Assembly: GCA_964509695.1 (NCBI GenBank) | Contig: CAZDXN010000002.1 | Location: 6,621 to 70,620 of the forward strand | Direction of reading: 5' to 3' | Source: an uncultured Pseudomonadales bacterium | Lineage (GTDB): Bacteria > Patescibacteriota > Microgenomatia > UBA1400 > MFAQ01 | Length of the DNA stretch: 64,000 bases | In this document: positions 22,455-32,668 of the stretch, piece by piece | Layout of the letters: every line of letters begins with the position of its first letter | How positions within the stretch are numbered: position 1 is the first letter of the stretch | Notes under the pieces: model-generated | What the model was told of the DNA's origin: nothing | Seen by the model: only the letters and a program-made list of their open reading frames with translations | The model's database searches: none | Translations under genes and position numbers: made by a program

Positions 22455-22748
22455 TTAGTTTTCGGTGGGGGGGTCGAAGGTCGGAGCCTCTTCTTTGGAA
22501 GAGATGGTACGGTTGCCTTCGTCGACGACGTCGATGTTGACGCGGATACCTTTTTTGATGGCGATGATGCGGCCAATTTGACGAATAGCCTTGATGACCT
22601 TGCCGGATTTGCCGATGACGCGCCCCATGTCTTCGGGGTTGACCTTGATACTAAGGCTGGTCGTGCCATTTTCCTCGGTCTCGTTGATAACCACGTCTTC
22701 GGGGTGATTGACGATGTTGGGGACGATATACTCAAGAAGCTGTTTCAT
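22455..22748 (-). CDS. KH-domain RNA-binding protein (YlqC/UPF0109)
   Basis: DMGRVIGKSGKVIKAIRQI (GxxG KH motif). Conserved position next to rpsP. Confidence 0.85.
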   Translation of the reverse strand: MKQLLEYIVPNIVNHPEDVVINETEENGTTSLSIKVNPEDMGRVIGKSGKVIKAIRQIGRIIAIKKGIRVNIDVVDEGNRTISSKEEAPTFDPPTEN

Positions 22749-22749
22749 T

Positions 22750-23010
22750 TTAGTGGTTCGATTGGCTCACCATCTGCGATTTGGCCATCAGACTTTTGAC
22801 GGTAGGGGTGGGCTGGGCTCCTTTCGCAAGCCATGATTGGTAAAGGACCTTGTCAATCTTGAGTTGGTCAACTGGTTGGTGCGGGTTGTATGAGCCTAAC
22901 TGTTCGATGATGTTTCCGGTGAGCTTTTCACGGTCGAGAGCGACGACGACACGGTACTGACGGTGGTTGATTTTGCCGACCGGGGTAAGTTTGATTTTCA
23001 ACATAGGCAT
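22750..23010 (-). CDS. rpsP: 30S ribosomal protein S16
   Basis: MLKIKLTPVGKINHRQYRVVVA...GSYNP. Confidence 0.9.
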   Translation of the reverse strand: MPMLKIKLTPVGKINHRQYRVVVALDREKLTGNIIEQLGSYNPHQPVDQLKIDKVLYQSWLAKGAQPTPTVKSLMAKSQMVSQSNH

Positions 23011-23012
23011 GA

Positions 23013-23696
23013 TTATACCACCTGCTGGGCCTTTTTGGCTGCTTGCTGTTCTGCTTCCTGTTTGCTTCTCCCTTTTCCCCGTCCAGTTTCTAGGTCGTTC
23101 ACAAAAACGGCGACCTCGAAGATTTTCTCATGATCAGGGCCCTCCTGATTGACGACTTTGTAGACCGGGGAGACCAAGCCTTGGCTTTGAATCTTCTCCT
23201 GATAGAGAGATTTGGGATCCTTTAGCTCATTTTGAGTCAGAATTTCCTTGGCTTGGGGAATGATGAACTTGGCGATAAAATGGGAGGCATGTTCGAGACC
23301 ACCGTCCTTGAAGATGGCCCCGATCAAGGCCTCAAGGGAATTTTCGAGAAGTGAGGGATTTTCCCGACCGCCACCCATAGCCTCGCCCTTGCTCATGTGA
23401 AGCTCTTCTCCTAGTCCAATAAGCTTGGCGACTCGACTAAGTGATTCGGTGCGGACGATGGCGCTTCTGGCGGCCGTCAGGAAGCCCTCGGGGTCGTCAG
23501 GGCGGCTTTCGTAGAGGAAGTTGGTGATGACCAACTCTAGGACAGCATCGCCAAGAAACTCAAGGCGCTCATTGCTCTCTTTGACACCTCGTTCGTTCAG
23601 GCTACTTCTGTGAGTGAGTGAGGTAACTAGGATAGTTTGATCCTTGAAGATATAGTCAATTCTTTTTTGAAGGTCGTCGTGGTTACTGGGATTCAT
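23013..23696 (-). CDS. rnc: ribonuclease III
   Basis: NERLEFLGDAVLELVI signature plus a C-terminal dsRBD (GPDHEKIFEV...GRGKGRSKQEAEQQAA). Confidence 0.93.
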   Translation of the reverse strand: MNPSNHDDLQKRIDYIFKDQTILVTSLTHRSSLNERGVKESNERLEFLGDAVLELVITNFLYESRPDDPEGFLTAARSAIVRTESLSRVAKLIGLGEELHMSKGEAMGGGRENPSLLENSLEALIGAIFKDGGLEHASHFIAKFIIPQAKEILTQNELKDPKSLYQEKIQSQGLVSPVYKVVNQEGPDHEKIFEVAVFVNDLETGRGKGRSKQEAEQQAAKKAQQVV

Positions 23697-24063
23697 TGGT
23701 GGTTTCTCGATTGGTAAGAGCCAAAGCGGTGGCGAGGGCGCCGTTGACGAAGCTGCTGCTGCTGGCGCCGCCGTAGCGCTTGGCGATCTCGACGGCTTCG
23801 TCTAAGACGACTTTTGTAGGAACTTCTGGTTTATAAATCAGTTCGTAAAGCGCCAGTCTCATTACCGAGAGATCAACCCGGTTGATTTGGGACAAAGGCC
23901 ACTCGGGAGCGCATTTCTTGATGATTTCGTCGATCTCCTCCTGATGACTGAGAGAGTTTATGGCCAGCTGGTTGTCGACAAGCTGAGGGAGAAATGATTT
24001 AGCAAAGATCTGTTTGAAAGCTTTGATGCGATTGAGGTGACGAGGGTCGGCAGCAGTTTTCAC
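23683..24063 (-). CDS. nusB: NusB-like antitermination factor
   Basis: Size, helical composition, and the RLALYEL and DEAVEIAKRYG motifs. Confidence 0.75.
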   Translation of the reverse strand: MKTAADPRHLNRIKAFKQIFAKSFLPQLVDNQLAINSLSHQEEIDEIIKKCAPEWPLSQINRVDLSVMRLALYELIYKPEVPTKVVLDEAVEIAKRYGGASSSSFVNGALATALALTNRETTNESQ

Positions 24064-24078
24064 TTAGGAACGAGCTAA

Positions 24079-24228
24079 TTATTTGTGGCAGTTTTGGCAG
24101 AGAAAATGAGCCAGTTTTGGTTTCCCGCAATTCTTGCAGGTGAGGTATTTTTTTGCCTCGAGCTTGATTTGGGAGCGTCTCTTCCCCTGTCTTCTGGTGG
24201 ATAGTTTTCTCTTTGGTGTTGCGGCCAT
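24079..24228 (-). CDS. rpmF: 50S ribosomal protein L32; below the ORF-track size cut-off, translated by hand
   Basis: MAATPKRKLSTRRQGKRRSQIKLEAKKYLTCKNCGKPKLAHFLCQNCHK. Basic N-terminus plus a CxxC...CxxC zinc ribbon. Confidence 0.85.
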   Translation of the reverse strand: MAATPKRKLSTRRQGKRRSQIKLEAKKYLTCKNCGKPKLAHFLCQNCHK

Positions 24229-24294
24229 ATGTGGTTCCGCCAGAGGCGGATGACAAGTCAGTTTTAGTAATATATTTTAACTGACTAGTCAATT

Positions 24295-26304
24295 TTACCA
24301 AGTGAGGAGCGCCTTGGCAATGGCCGGAGCCTCCTTTTCGTTTTGGGCGATAAGATCAAGAGCGACTTCCCTAGCTTGACCAAAAAGTTTTTTGTTCCAA
24401 AAGTTCTTGAGTCTAACCGGTAACCAGCCGTGCTGTCTGGTGCCAAACAGTTCACCACTACCCCGGAGACGGAGATCCATTTTGGAAAGCATTAGTCCGG
24501 AATGATGTGTCTGGAGTAGGACTAATCGATCCTCCTCTTCCTGCTCGTCTTTGGTGGGAACGAGAAGGCAGTAGCTTTGGCGCTCTCCCCTCCCCACGCG
24601 ACCGCGAAGCTGATGGAGGGAAGCGAGTCCGAAACGCTCGGCTGAATGAATGATAATGACATCTGCTTCCGGAATGTCGATGCCGACTTCGATGATACTG
24701 GTACTAACGAGAATAGCCTGTTTGGCTTTTTTGAAACTTGCCATAGCCTCCCCTATTTTTTCGATGGCCATTTCACCATGGATCATAAAAATTGGAGAAT
24801 TCATATGATATTTTTTTTGATATTCTTGATAGGTTTTTTCGACTCCGTGGGTACTTTTTGATTTTTCTGATTCATGAATATGAGGACAGACCACAAAAAT
24901 CTTGCTCCCGGATGTGAGTTGGTCTTTGATCCATGAAGTGCTGTTTTGGTAGCGAGTTGGAGGAACGACCCAAGTTTTGACGGGAAGACGATTTTTTGGT
25001 TTTTGGGAAAGGGTAGAAATACTGACTTCACCGAAAATGCCCAGAGCCAAAGTGCGTGGAATTGGAGTGGCGGTTAGATTGAATAGATGAGGAGAAGGAT
25101 TTCGTTTGACGAGGACTTGTCTTTGTTCGACCCCGAACTTGTGTTGCTCATCAATGGCCACAGCGGCAAGAGGAATAGTTAAGTTTTGAGGAAGCTGATT
25201 TAAAAGAGCGTGGGTTCCAATAAATATGGTAGGTCTTTTGGGAATTTTTTTGAGAGGTTTGGTTCCGGTGACGAGAATGACTTGGGGTTTGGGCAGGCCG
25301 AACTTGAGGAAGGTCAGATAATGCTGCCGGGCGAGAATTTCGGTGGGAGAAAGCAGAGCAAATGAATAATGGTTGGCCAATAATTGGGCGGCATAAAAAT
25401 AAATGACGACGGTTTTACCCGAACCGGTTTCTCCCTGGATGAGGCGGTGAGTAAAACGGCTTTTGGTAAGATCAGAGTAGCCCGCCCGAATTGCCTTTTG
25501 TTGACCTGCGGTTAAGGTAAAAGGCAAGGCCTTGATCAAACAGTGATGGAGTTTTTGGTCAATCGTGATTGCCGGAGCTTGAGGGAGTTTCTTGAGTTCA
25601 ATTTGATTATTTAAATTGATGGCCAGGTGGTGGTTGAAAGCCAGTCGCAGATCGGCGGCGTTATGGGTCAAAGGATTTTTTGGGAAGTGAATCGAATTTA
25701 GACTGTCGGCATAAGTCATGAGTTTCAAGGGACCAGTAATTGAAGAGTCGAGCGGATCTCTGATCGAGAGCGATGTCAGCGCTAGGTGAATTTTTTGACG
25801 TAAGAAACGGGAGGTGAGTTTGGCGGTGAGCGGATAGATGGGGACCAAGCCATGGGTGTGAATTGAGGTCTGCCCCACCCGTTCGATGATTGGGGCAATG
25901 ATGGTCAGTTTGTCAGCCCAGAACGAAGTCTTGCCGGCAATCAGATACTTTTCTCCGGGAATGATGACTCGTGAGATGAAGCTGTTGTTGAACCAGGTAA
26001 GCTTGATTTTGCCTGTTGAATCGACCGCTTCCGCTTGGGTAATCAGTTTGCCGGATTTAGAGGTAAAATGTTTTGGTTCGCCGATGGTGGCGGTAAAGCT
26101 GACGTCTATTTTGACTGCCAGCTGGTTGATTGGAGTAGAAATACGATAGTCCAAGTATCGACAGGGGTAATGATGGATCAGGTCGTGGATGGTGGTTAGA
26201 TCGAGGCGAGCGAGAATCTTTTGGTAGGACGGTCCGATGCCAGCGATTTGGTCCAGAGAATCGGCCGGAGATTTCCGATTATCAGCCATAAAATAACGGC
26301 GCAA
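24295..26304 (-). CDS. recG: ATP-dependent DNA helicase RecG
   Basis: Wedge/OB N-terminus, Walker A GETGSGKT, the DEQHKFG box and helicase C motifs (QLRGRVGRG). Confidence 0.92.
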   Translation of the reverse strand: MRRYFMADNRKSPADSLDQIAGIGPSYQKILARLDLTTIHDLIHHYPCRYLDYRISTPINQLAVKIDVSFTATIGEPKHFTSKSGKLITQAEAVDSTGKIKLTWFNNSFISRVIIPGEKYLIAGKTSFWADKLTIIAPIIERVGQTSIHTHGLVPIYPLTAKLTSRFLRQKIHLALTSLSIRDPLDSSITGPLKLMTYADSLNSIHFPKNPLTHNAADLRLAFNHHLAINLNNQIELKKLPQAPAITIDQKLHHCLIKALPFTLTAGQQKAIRAGYSDLTKSRFTHRLIQGETGSGKTVVIYFYAAQLLANHYSFALLSPTEILARQHYLTFLKFGLPKPQVILVTGTKPLKKIPKRPTIFIGTHALLNQLPQNLTIPLAAVAIDEQHKFGVEQRQVLVKRNPSPHLFNLTATPIPRTLALGIFGEVSISTLSQKPKNRLPVKTWVVPPTRYQNSTSWIKDQLTSGSKIFVVCPHIHESEKSKSTHGVEKTYQEYQKKYHMNSPIFMIHGEMAIEKIGEAMASFKKAKQAILVSTSIIEVGIDIPEADVIIIHSAERFGLASLHQLRGRVGRGERQSYCLLVPTKDEQEEEDRLVLLQTHHSGLMLSKMDLRLRGSGELFGTRQHGWLPVRLKNFWNKKLFGQAREVALDLIAQNEKEAPAIAKALLTW

Positions 26305-26312
26305 GAGTAGAA

Positions 26313-28997
26313 ATGACCAAGATTAGGGATCCAATGAAGATCAAGATGGTGAAAAGTTTCCGTTTCTTTCTTGAGAATAGCATTGGTTTGATTATATCAA
26401 ACGCGGAGGCTAAGATAGAGTTAATGATTCAGGGAAGGTATCGCCGAAGAAGGTTTAGGTGGCCAAGTTTATCAAAGTTTCGCTTTAAGCTGAATTTGGG
26501 GAAGTGGTTGTTTTTTTTGGTGGTTCTGGGGTTTTTGTCCCTTGCCGGCTTGGTTATTTGGTTTTCGCGGGACTTACCCGATCCGAATAAGATCGTCAGA
26601 GACAGTGGCTACTCTTCGGTAATTCTGGATCGAACTGGAAAAGAGGTTTTGTACGACATCTTTGTTGACCAAAATAGAAAATTTACTCCCTTGGCTGATG
26701 TCCCCGACTATTTGAGAAAGGCGACGATTTCAATTGAAGACAAGGATTTTTACAAACACGGTGGATTTGATCCCTTAGCTGTCTTTCGTATCACCAAGAA
26801 CCTGATAATCAGCCGTCGTTTGATCGGTGGCTCGACCCTGACTCAGCAATTGGTAAAGAACGTTCTGTTGACGAATGAGCGGACGGTTACTCGGAAAATC
26901 CGGGAATTTGTCTTGTCACTTCGGATTGAAAAGAGATTTACCAAGGACGAGATTTTGCAAATGTATCTTAATGAGGCTCCCTACGGCGGAACGTCCCGTG
27001 GCGTGTCTAGCGCGGCGCAGATGTATTTTGGCAAGGAAGCCCGCGATCTTAATTTGATCGAGAGCATAATTTTGGCGGGTATTCCACAGGCGCCAACAAG
27101 ATATTCCCCCATACTATCGAGCCATTCGAAAGCATATATTACCCGGGCGCGGGAGGTGGCTAGGAGAATGCGTGAAGATGGATATATCGACGCCGCAACG
27201 GAAAAACAAGTGGTAGAGTCCTTGGACAAAGTAGAGTTTCGACCGAATTCAGCGAGTTTGCAAGCGGGCCATTTTGTAATGTATGTCAAACAGCAGCTGG
27301 ATGACCTATTTGGTTCGGGAATCATGGATTCTGGTGGGCTTAAAGTAACCTCAACGCTCGATCTGCCTTTACAAATGGCGTCCGAGAAAATAGTCGCTGA
27401 AGAAATTGCAAAAGTGGAAAAGACTTTGCAGATTAGTAATGGCGCCAGCGTGATCATCAATCCGAATAACGGTGAGATATTGTCAATGGTGGGTTCGCGA
27501 GGATATTTTGATAAGGATATAGACGGTCAGGTGAATGTGGTCACCAGACTGAGACAACCGGGGTCTTCGATCAAGCCTTTGGTGTACGCGACTGCTTTTT
27601 CAAAAGGATTTACTCCGGCGACAATGCTAGCCGATGTGGTGACGGAGTTTCCGGGAAAAGACGAGAAGACGCCCTATATTCCAAAGGATTATGACGGTAA
27701 AGAAAAGGGTCCGGTGAAGCTGAGGGAGGCTCTGGGGAGTTCGTTGAATGTACCGGCGGTAAAACTACTGGCTTTGACTGGTGTTCGTGATGTTTTGATG
27801 CAAGGAGCGAAGATGGGGATTGCCAGTCTAGATCCTTCGGTGGAGACACAATTAAGATTGGGTTTGTCGATTGCTTTGGGCGGTGGTGAGGTCCGCCTCT
27901 TGGATTTGACATCGGCCTACGGCGCTTTTGCCAATGGTGGCATGAAGGTAAACCCGATTGCTATTTTGAAGGTGGAGGACAAAGCGGGTAAGGTGATATA
28001 TGAAAATAAGACAGTTTTTCCCGACCGAGTAATCGATGAAAAAGTAGCTTTTTTGATCAATCAGGTCCTGTCTGACAACAACGCCCGCCTGCTTACCTTT
28101 GGGATAAATTCATATTTGAATCTCGGTAGCCGCGCGGTAGCTGTAAAAACCGGAACCACTAACGATATGCGAGACAACTGGACTTTGGGTTGGAGTCGTG
28201 ATGTGGTGGTTGGGGTGTGGGTGGGAAATAATAATAATAGTCAAATGAAAAATGTCGCCAGCGGTGTCTCCGGAGCGGCGCCGATTTGGCGACGGGAAAT
28301 GTTGGAAGTACTCTCGAAAATTCCTGATCGTCCATGGGATATTCCCAAGGGTATAAATCAAGTTGAGGTGGATAAAATTTCAGGCTATCCTGCCCATGAT
28401 GGTTTCGAAAGCTATAAAGAGTGGTTTGTGGATGGAACGGTTCCGACCGGAGATGACCCGATCCATAAAAGAATTCAGGTATGTAAGGGGCAAACGGAGA
28501 AGTTGGCGAATGCTGCCGCTGTGGCTTCTGGAAACTATGACTGGAAAGAGATAATTGTGGTGGCCGAAAAAGACCCATTGACCGATCGTGATTTGTGGCA
28601 GAGGGCAATCGACGGTTGGGTGGCGACTAAGTCGGCCGATCCTCGCTTTAAAATTCCGACCGAATACTGCGAAAGCAATAATTCGATCGGAGTAAATATT
28701 ACCAATCCGACTTCTAAAAACAAGTTTTCGAGTGATGGATTTGAGGTTAGGTTTGACGTATTTTCCGATAAACAGGTTGATTGGACCGAGGTATATTTAG
28801 ACGATTCCTTGAAACAACGGATTACGGCTCAACCGTATCGATTGAGTATTTCATCCCTGACAAACGGAAATCATAAAGTACGAGTGGTGGTTCACAATAC
28901 CGATAACCAGCAAGCGGAGCAAACGACCGAATTTGCCATCAATGAGGATTGGCTCTCCCCTACTCCTTCTGCATCCTCTTCAGCAACGACTCCTTAA
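26313..28997 (+). CDS. class A penicillin-binding protein (glycosyltransferase + transpeptidase); the true start may be a downstream Met
   Basis: GT51 motifs SIEDKDFYKHGG and GGSTLTQQL. Transpeptidase motifs SSIKP (SxxK) and KTGTT. TM helix WLFFLVVLGFLSLAGLVIW. Confidence 0.9.
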   Translation: MTKIRDPMKIKMVKSFRFFLENSIGLIISNAEAKIELMIQGRYRRRRFRWPSLSKFRFKLNLGKWLFFLVVLGFLSLAGLVIWFSRDLPDPNKIVRDSGYSSVILDRTGKEVLYDIFVDQNRKFTPLADVPDYLRKATISIEDKDFYKHGGFDPLAVFRITKNLIISRRLIGGSTLTQQLVKNVLLTNERTVTRKIREFVLSLRIEKRFTKDEILQMYLNEAPYGGTSRGVSSAAQMYFGKEARDLNLIESIILAGIPQAPTRYSPILSSHSKAYITRAREVARRMREDGYIDAATEKQVVESLDKVEFRPNSASLQAGHFVMYVKQQLDDLFGSGIMDSGGLKVTSTLDLPLQMASEKIVAEEIAKVEKTLQISNGASVIINPNNGEILSMVGSRGYFDKDIDGQVNVVTRLRQPGSSIKPLVYATAFSKGFTPATMLADVVTEFPGKDEKTPYIPKDYDGKEKGPVKLREALGSSLNVPAVKLLALTGVRDVLMQGAKMGIASLDPSVETQLRLGLSIALGGGEVRLLDLTSAYGAFANGGMKVNPIAILKVEDKAGKVIYENKTVFPDRVIDEKVAFLINQVLSDNNARLLTFGINSYLNLGSRAVAVKTGTTNDMRDNWTLGWSRDVVVGVWVGNNNNSQMKNVASGVSGAAPIWRREMLEVLSKIPDRPWDIPKGINQVEVDKISGYPAHDGFESYKEWFVDGTVPTGDDPIHKRIQVCKGQTEKLANAAAVASGNYDWKEIIVVAEKDPLTDRDLWQRAIDGWVATKSADPRFKIPTEYCESNNSIGVNITNPTSKNKFSSDGFEVRFDVFSDKQVDWTEVYLDDSLKQRITAQPYRLSISSLTNGNHKVRVVVHNTDNQQAEQTTEFAINEDWLSPTPSASSSATTP

Positions 28998-30945
28998 TTT
29001 TATTCACCTCGTCTTGGGTAAGGTTTCTCTTTGAATCGTTGAAGTGAATGGTGAAAGTGTGTTTGTTTATAAGCGAAGTTCGATAAATGACTTTGGTGAT
29101 GAGCTTGCTCTCCTGTTTAATTAATTGAAGTATTTTTCCAATGGATTGATTTGACTGGATGGTGATGTCCTCGATCATGTCAGGATAATCGGAGATTGGG
29201 GTATAGGTGTAATTTGTATTGGCAAGCTCGGAGATAACTTTAAAATCAAGATTAGCCAGGTAAACATTGTCGGTCAAACCAAAGCTGGTTTTGATGGTGG
29301 GGTTGATCGCGCCGTAAATACCGAGGAAGTGCTTGTCAGAATAAATCTCCGCTGTCTGGTTTTTTTGCCAGGGATTTGAGTCTTTAGTTAGGAGAACAAA
29401 ACTAACGTTGGTGAGATGTAACGATTGGAGTATGGCTTCGAGGTAACCTTTGGCGTGGCGGTAATTGAGGCCTTGGGTGGCTATGGCTAAGATGGGATGT
29501 TCTTTTGGAGAATAGATATTTGAAAGCTCGAAAATATGGATGGGGAGATCTAACTTGCCTTGATTTTTTTCGAGGTCCATTAGCAGACTAGGAATTAAAC
29601 TTGGACGCATATATTCAAATTCGTTTGAAAGTGGGTTTGTCAAAATTACGGAGTGATCTCGCGCCATGAGAACTCTTTCAAACAGCTCTTTGCTTACTAG
29701 TGAATAGTTAAAAATTTCAGTGAAGCCAAGGTCGGAAAGATATTTTTTGGTTTGGTATTCCCAATCAAGAAGTGGATCTGAAGTAACGGAGAGATTGGCA
29801 GTGATTGGGAGTTTGCTCTCGAGGCGGAAGTAGCCATAGACTCGAGCAATCTCTTCGGCTAAGTCCTCAGGAATGGCAACGTCATGAAGGCGCCAAGAAG
29901 GAACGACGGCTTCAAATGAGGTGGTTGAGATTTTTTTTACAGAAAACCCGAGATTGGTAAGAATTGTGGAAGTCGTTTTTGAGTCGAAATCGTAGCCGAT
30001 CAGACGGTTGAGTTGTTTGAGATCCAACTTGATTGTTTTCGGAATAGGTTTTTGGAAATAGTAGTCAATTGAATCACCCGCTACCACGGCGGAAGCGTGT
30101 TTTACCAGAAGATTGACTCCTTCAATCAGTGTCGGAATGACCAGACGTGAGTCGGGTTGCTTCTCGAAGATTTGGGCGGCGAGAGTTCGCTCTTGGGTGT
30201 AGAGCGAGGTGCGTCTGATTTTTTTTGGATTGTAGGTCTGGACAAAAAGAACGGCTCTTTTGGTTCCCTCATCGATTTCGGAGAGCTTCCCTCCCATGAT
30301 GCCACATAAGTCAATCAGCCTACCCCTGCCGTCTTCGATAACAATATCACCACCTCTTAACTGGTGGGTTTTTCCATCTAAGGTAATTAATTTTTCACCC
30401 GCGCGGCTCTCTCGAAGGATCAACTGCTGACCAAGAATTTTATCGTAGTCAAAAATGTGGACCGGTTGGCCAAAACAAAGGGTGAGATAGTTGGTGATGT
30501 CGATGAGGTTATTGAGTGGTCTGACCCCGGAGAGTTCGAGCTGATCTTTGATTTCTTTGGGTGAATCCTTGACGGTCAGCTTGTCCAGAACAATAGCGGC
30601 GAAATGAAGAATTAGACCTTCGTCTTTGATGATTACTTCTAGGGGTAGTTTGCCGCCTTTTCTTTCGGGAAGAGCGTTGGGTTTGATGTTATAAGGACTG
30701 TTGATAAGTTTCGCTTTGATTCCAAACAAGGGCAAGATGGCGGCGGCTTCACGGGCGATGCCAAAGGCAGAAGCGGTATCAACGCGATTGGTGATCACCT
30801 CGATATCGTAGACGTAGTCATCCGCTAACCGGTGAAGATGATCGACAGATGGCCCGCATAGTGTCAATGCCTCGGCTATTTTTTCGGGAGTCGCCTGGGT
30901 ACTAAGGTATTTTCTTAGAGTCGAATCGGGTATCTTTATGTCCAT
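28960..30945 (-). CDS. pheT: phenylalanine--tRNA ligase beta subunit
   Basis: 661 aa with B3/4, B5 and FDX-ACB-like domain order. Directly downstream of pheS. Confidence 0.9.
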   Translation of the reverse strand: MDIKIPDSTLRKYLSTQATPEKIAEALTLCGPSVDHLHRLADDYVYDIEVITNRVDTASAFGIAREAAAILPLFGIKAKLINSPYNIKPNALPERKGGKLPLEVIIKDEGLILHFAAIVLDKLTVKDSPKEIKDQLELSGVRPLNNLIDITNYLTLCFGQPVHIFDYDKILGQQLILRESRAGEKLITLDGKTHQLRGGDIVIEDGRGRLIDLCGIMGGKLSEIDEGTKRAVLFVQTYNPKKIRRTSLYTQERTLAAQIFEKQPDSRLVIPTLIEGVNLLVKHASAVVAGDSIDYYFQKPIPKTIKLDLKQLNRLIGYDFDSKTTSTILTNLGFSVKKISTTSFEAVVPSWRLHDVAIPEDLAEEIARVYGYFRLESKLPITANLSVTSDPLLDWEYQTKKYLSDLGFTEIFNYSLVSKELFERVLMARDHSVILTNPLSNEFEYMRPSLIPSLLMDLEKNQGKLDLPIHIFELSNIYSPKEHPILAIATQGLNYRHAKGYLEAILQSLHLTNVSFVLLTKDSNPWQKNQTAEIYSDKHFLGIYGAINPTIKTSFGLTDNVYLANLDFKVISELANTNYTYTPISDYPDMIEDITIQSNQSIGKILQLIKQESKLITKVIYRTSLINKHTFTIHFNDSKRNLTQDEVNKIKESLLKRMQKE

Positions 30946-30978
30946 TTGTTATTGGTCTAATTGGTCAAATTTGTCAAA

Positions 30979-31986
30979 TTAGAATTGATTTAATATGCGG
31001 AGATCGGTGGTGTAGATATTGCGAATATCGGGAAGATTGTATTTCATGGAGAGAACTCGTTCGACTCCCCAACCGAAGGCAAAGCCGGAGTATTTTTTCG
31101 AATCGACGCCTCCATTTTTTAGGACGTTGGGGTGGACCATACCCGCCCCGCCCAATTCGACCCAGCCGGATTTACAGAGGCGACATTTTTCGTCATTTTT
31201 TATCCGTCCGGATCCGGCGCAAATGCCACAAGTGATATCAATCTCGAAGCTTGGTTCGGTGAATTGAAAGTGGTGCGGTCGTAAACGGACGCGCCTGTCC
31301 TTACCGAAGTAGTTTTTTACAAAATAGTCCCCCACCCCAATCAAGTGGGTAATGTTGATGTTTTTATCAATCAGTAATCCTTCAAATTGGTGGAACATGG
31401 GAGTGTGAGAGACGTCGATTTGCCGGCGGTAGGTCTTACCAATATTGATCATTTTGATTGGGGGGGTCTTCATAGTTTCCATCTCTCGGAGTTGGCCATT
31501 GCTGGTATGAGGAGTAAGGACGGTGTTTTCGGAGATGTAGAAAGTTTCCTGATCGTCGCGGGCGGGGTGGTCCTTGGGGATGTTGAGTCCTTCGGCGGCA
31601 TACCAGTCGGTGTCAATTTCCGGGTAGCGGCGGCGAATGAAACCAATCTTGGAAAAGATATCGCTGATTTCCTTGATGGCTTGGGTGATAAGGTGTAGAT
31701 GCCCGATGGGGGGAAGGATCCCTGGAATGGTGACGTCAAAAGATTCTCTTTCAGATTTTTGATTTATTTCATTTCGTTTTTCCTCGACAATCTGGACTGC
31801 CCTTTGTTTCTGGGAATTGAATTCTTTGCCTAACCTTGCTTTGTCTAATTTGTCTAATTGGTCAAATTTGAGATTGAAAACACCGTTTCGACCGAGACAT
31901 TCAGTCTCGGCTTTTTCAAGATCTGAAAGGGAGTTGATCGAAGTGACTTTTTTGACTAGATTTTTGATTTCGTTTTCGAGATACAT
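30979..31986 (-). CDS. pheS: phenylalanine--tRNA ligase alpha subunit
   Basis: Class II motifs HPARDDQETFY, FQFTEPSFEID and GWGVERV. Confidence 0.93.
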   Translation of the reverse strand: MYLENEIKNLVKKVTSINSLSDLEKAETECLGRNGVFNLKFDQLDKLDKARLGKEFNSQKQRAVQIVEEKRNEINQKSERESFDVTIPGILPPIGHLHLITQAIKEISDIFSKIGFIRRRYPEIDTDWYAAEGLNIPKDHPARDDQETFYISENTVLTPHTSNGQLREMETMKTPPIKMINIGKTYRRQIDVSHTPMFHQFEGLLIDKNINITHLIGVGDYFVKNYFGKDRRVRLRPHHFQFTEPSFEIDITCGICAGSGRIKNDEKCRLCKSGWVELGGAGMVHPNVLKNGGVDSKKYSGFAFGWGVERVLSMKYNLPDIRNIYTTDLRILNQF

Positions 31987-32001
31987 ATTGCTTTTATCTT
32001 A

Positions 32002-32024
32002 ACAAAAACCCCGCAACTGCGGGG
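32002..32024 (-). terminator. rho-independent terminator after rplT (minus strand)
   Basis: The minus strand reads ccccgc-agtt-gcgggg followed by tttttgtt. Confidence 0.7.
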
Positions 32025-32052
32025 TCTAAATACTATTTAGATCGGGCCGCAG

Positions 32053-32409
32053 CTATTTGGAGGTGGTAAATTTAAAGACTGAGGAAAAGACTTCCGGGAA
32101 CTTGACGGCCAGTGTGGAGAGACTTTTCCGATTGAGGCTGACTTTCTTCTCGACCAGGGCGTTGATGAACTTGCTATAAGAAATGGCACCGTCTTGAAGT
32201 TTGAGGGAAGCGGTAATTCTACCGATCCAGAGGGTTCGAAAGTCGCGTTTCTTGATCTGTCGGCTATTGTAGGCGTATTGGCCAGCGTGAAGATAGGCTT
32301 CCTTTGCCACTTTGTAGAGGCGGCGTTTGGTCATGCGATAGCCCTTGTTGGCGCTGAGGATTTTTTTGTGAGCGGCACGCCTCACGATTCCGGTTTTGAC
32401 TCTTGGCAT
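32053..32409 (-). CDS. rplT: 50S ribosomal protein L20
   Basis: MPRVKTGIVRRAAHKKIL...YRDRRQ-like basic N-terminus. infC-rpmI-rplT operon order. Confidence 0.95.
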   Translation of the reverse strand: MPRVKTGIVRRAAHKKILSANKGYRMTKRRLYKVAKEAYLHAGQYAYNSRQIKKRDFRTLWIGRITASLKLQDGAISYSKFINALVEKKVSLNRKSLSTLAVKFPEVFSSVFKFTTSK

Positions 32410-32447
32410 ATTTATTTATTTATCATTAAACATTTAATATAGCTCAT

Positions 32448-32645
32448 TTAGAGGTGGAGCATAGAGCGGATTTTTTTGGCGAGGACTCCGGTAACTTCGA
32501 CGTATTTGCGGTAACGTCTGATCATTTTTGAACTCTTCTTGCGGCGCAGATGTCTCATGGTTGGCATGCGACGCATGACTTTGCCGGTAGCTGTTATTTT
32601 GAATCGTTTGTAGACGATTTTTCTGGTTTTGTTCTTGGTTTTCAT
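32448..32645 (-). CDS. rpmI: 50S ribosomal protein L35
   Basis: 65 aa, very basic, KTKNKTRKIVYKRFKITATGKV. Confidence 0.9.
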   Translation of the reverse strand: MKTKNKTRKIVYKRFKITATGKVMRRMPTMRHLRRKKSSKMIRRYRKYVEVTGVLAKKIRSMLHL

Positions 32646-32668
32646 GTTGTTATTTTCCTTCGGCAGGC

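Noticed and set aside
22388-22799. ORFs 22388-22735 (-) and 22419-22799 (+) overlapping the KH-domain gene and the tandem repeat
   Set aside because: The 97-aa frame 22455-22748 carries a clear KH GxxG motif. The alternative frames are Ser/Pro/Thr- or Asp/Gly-rich and start inside the repeat array.
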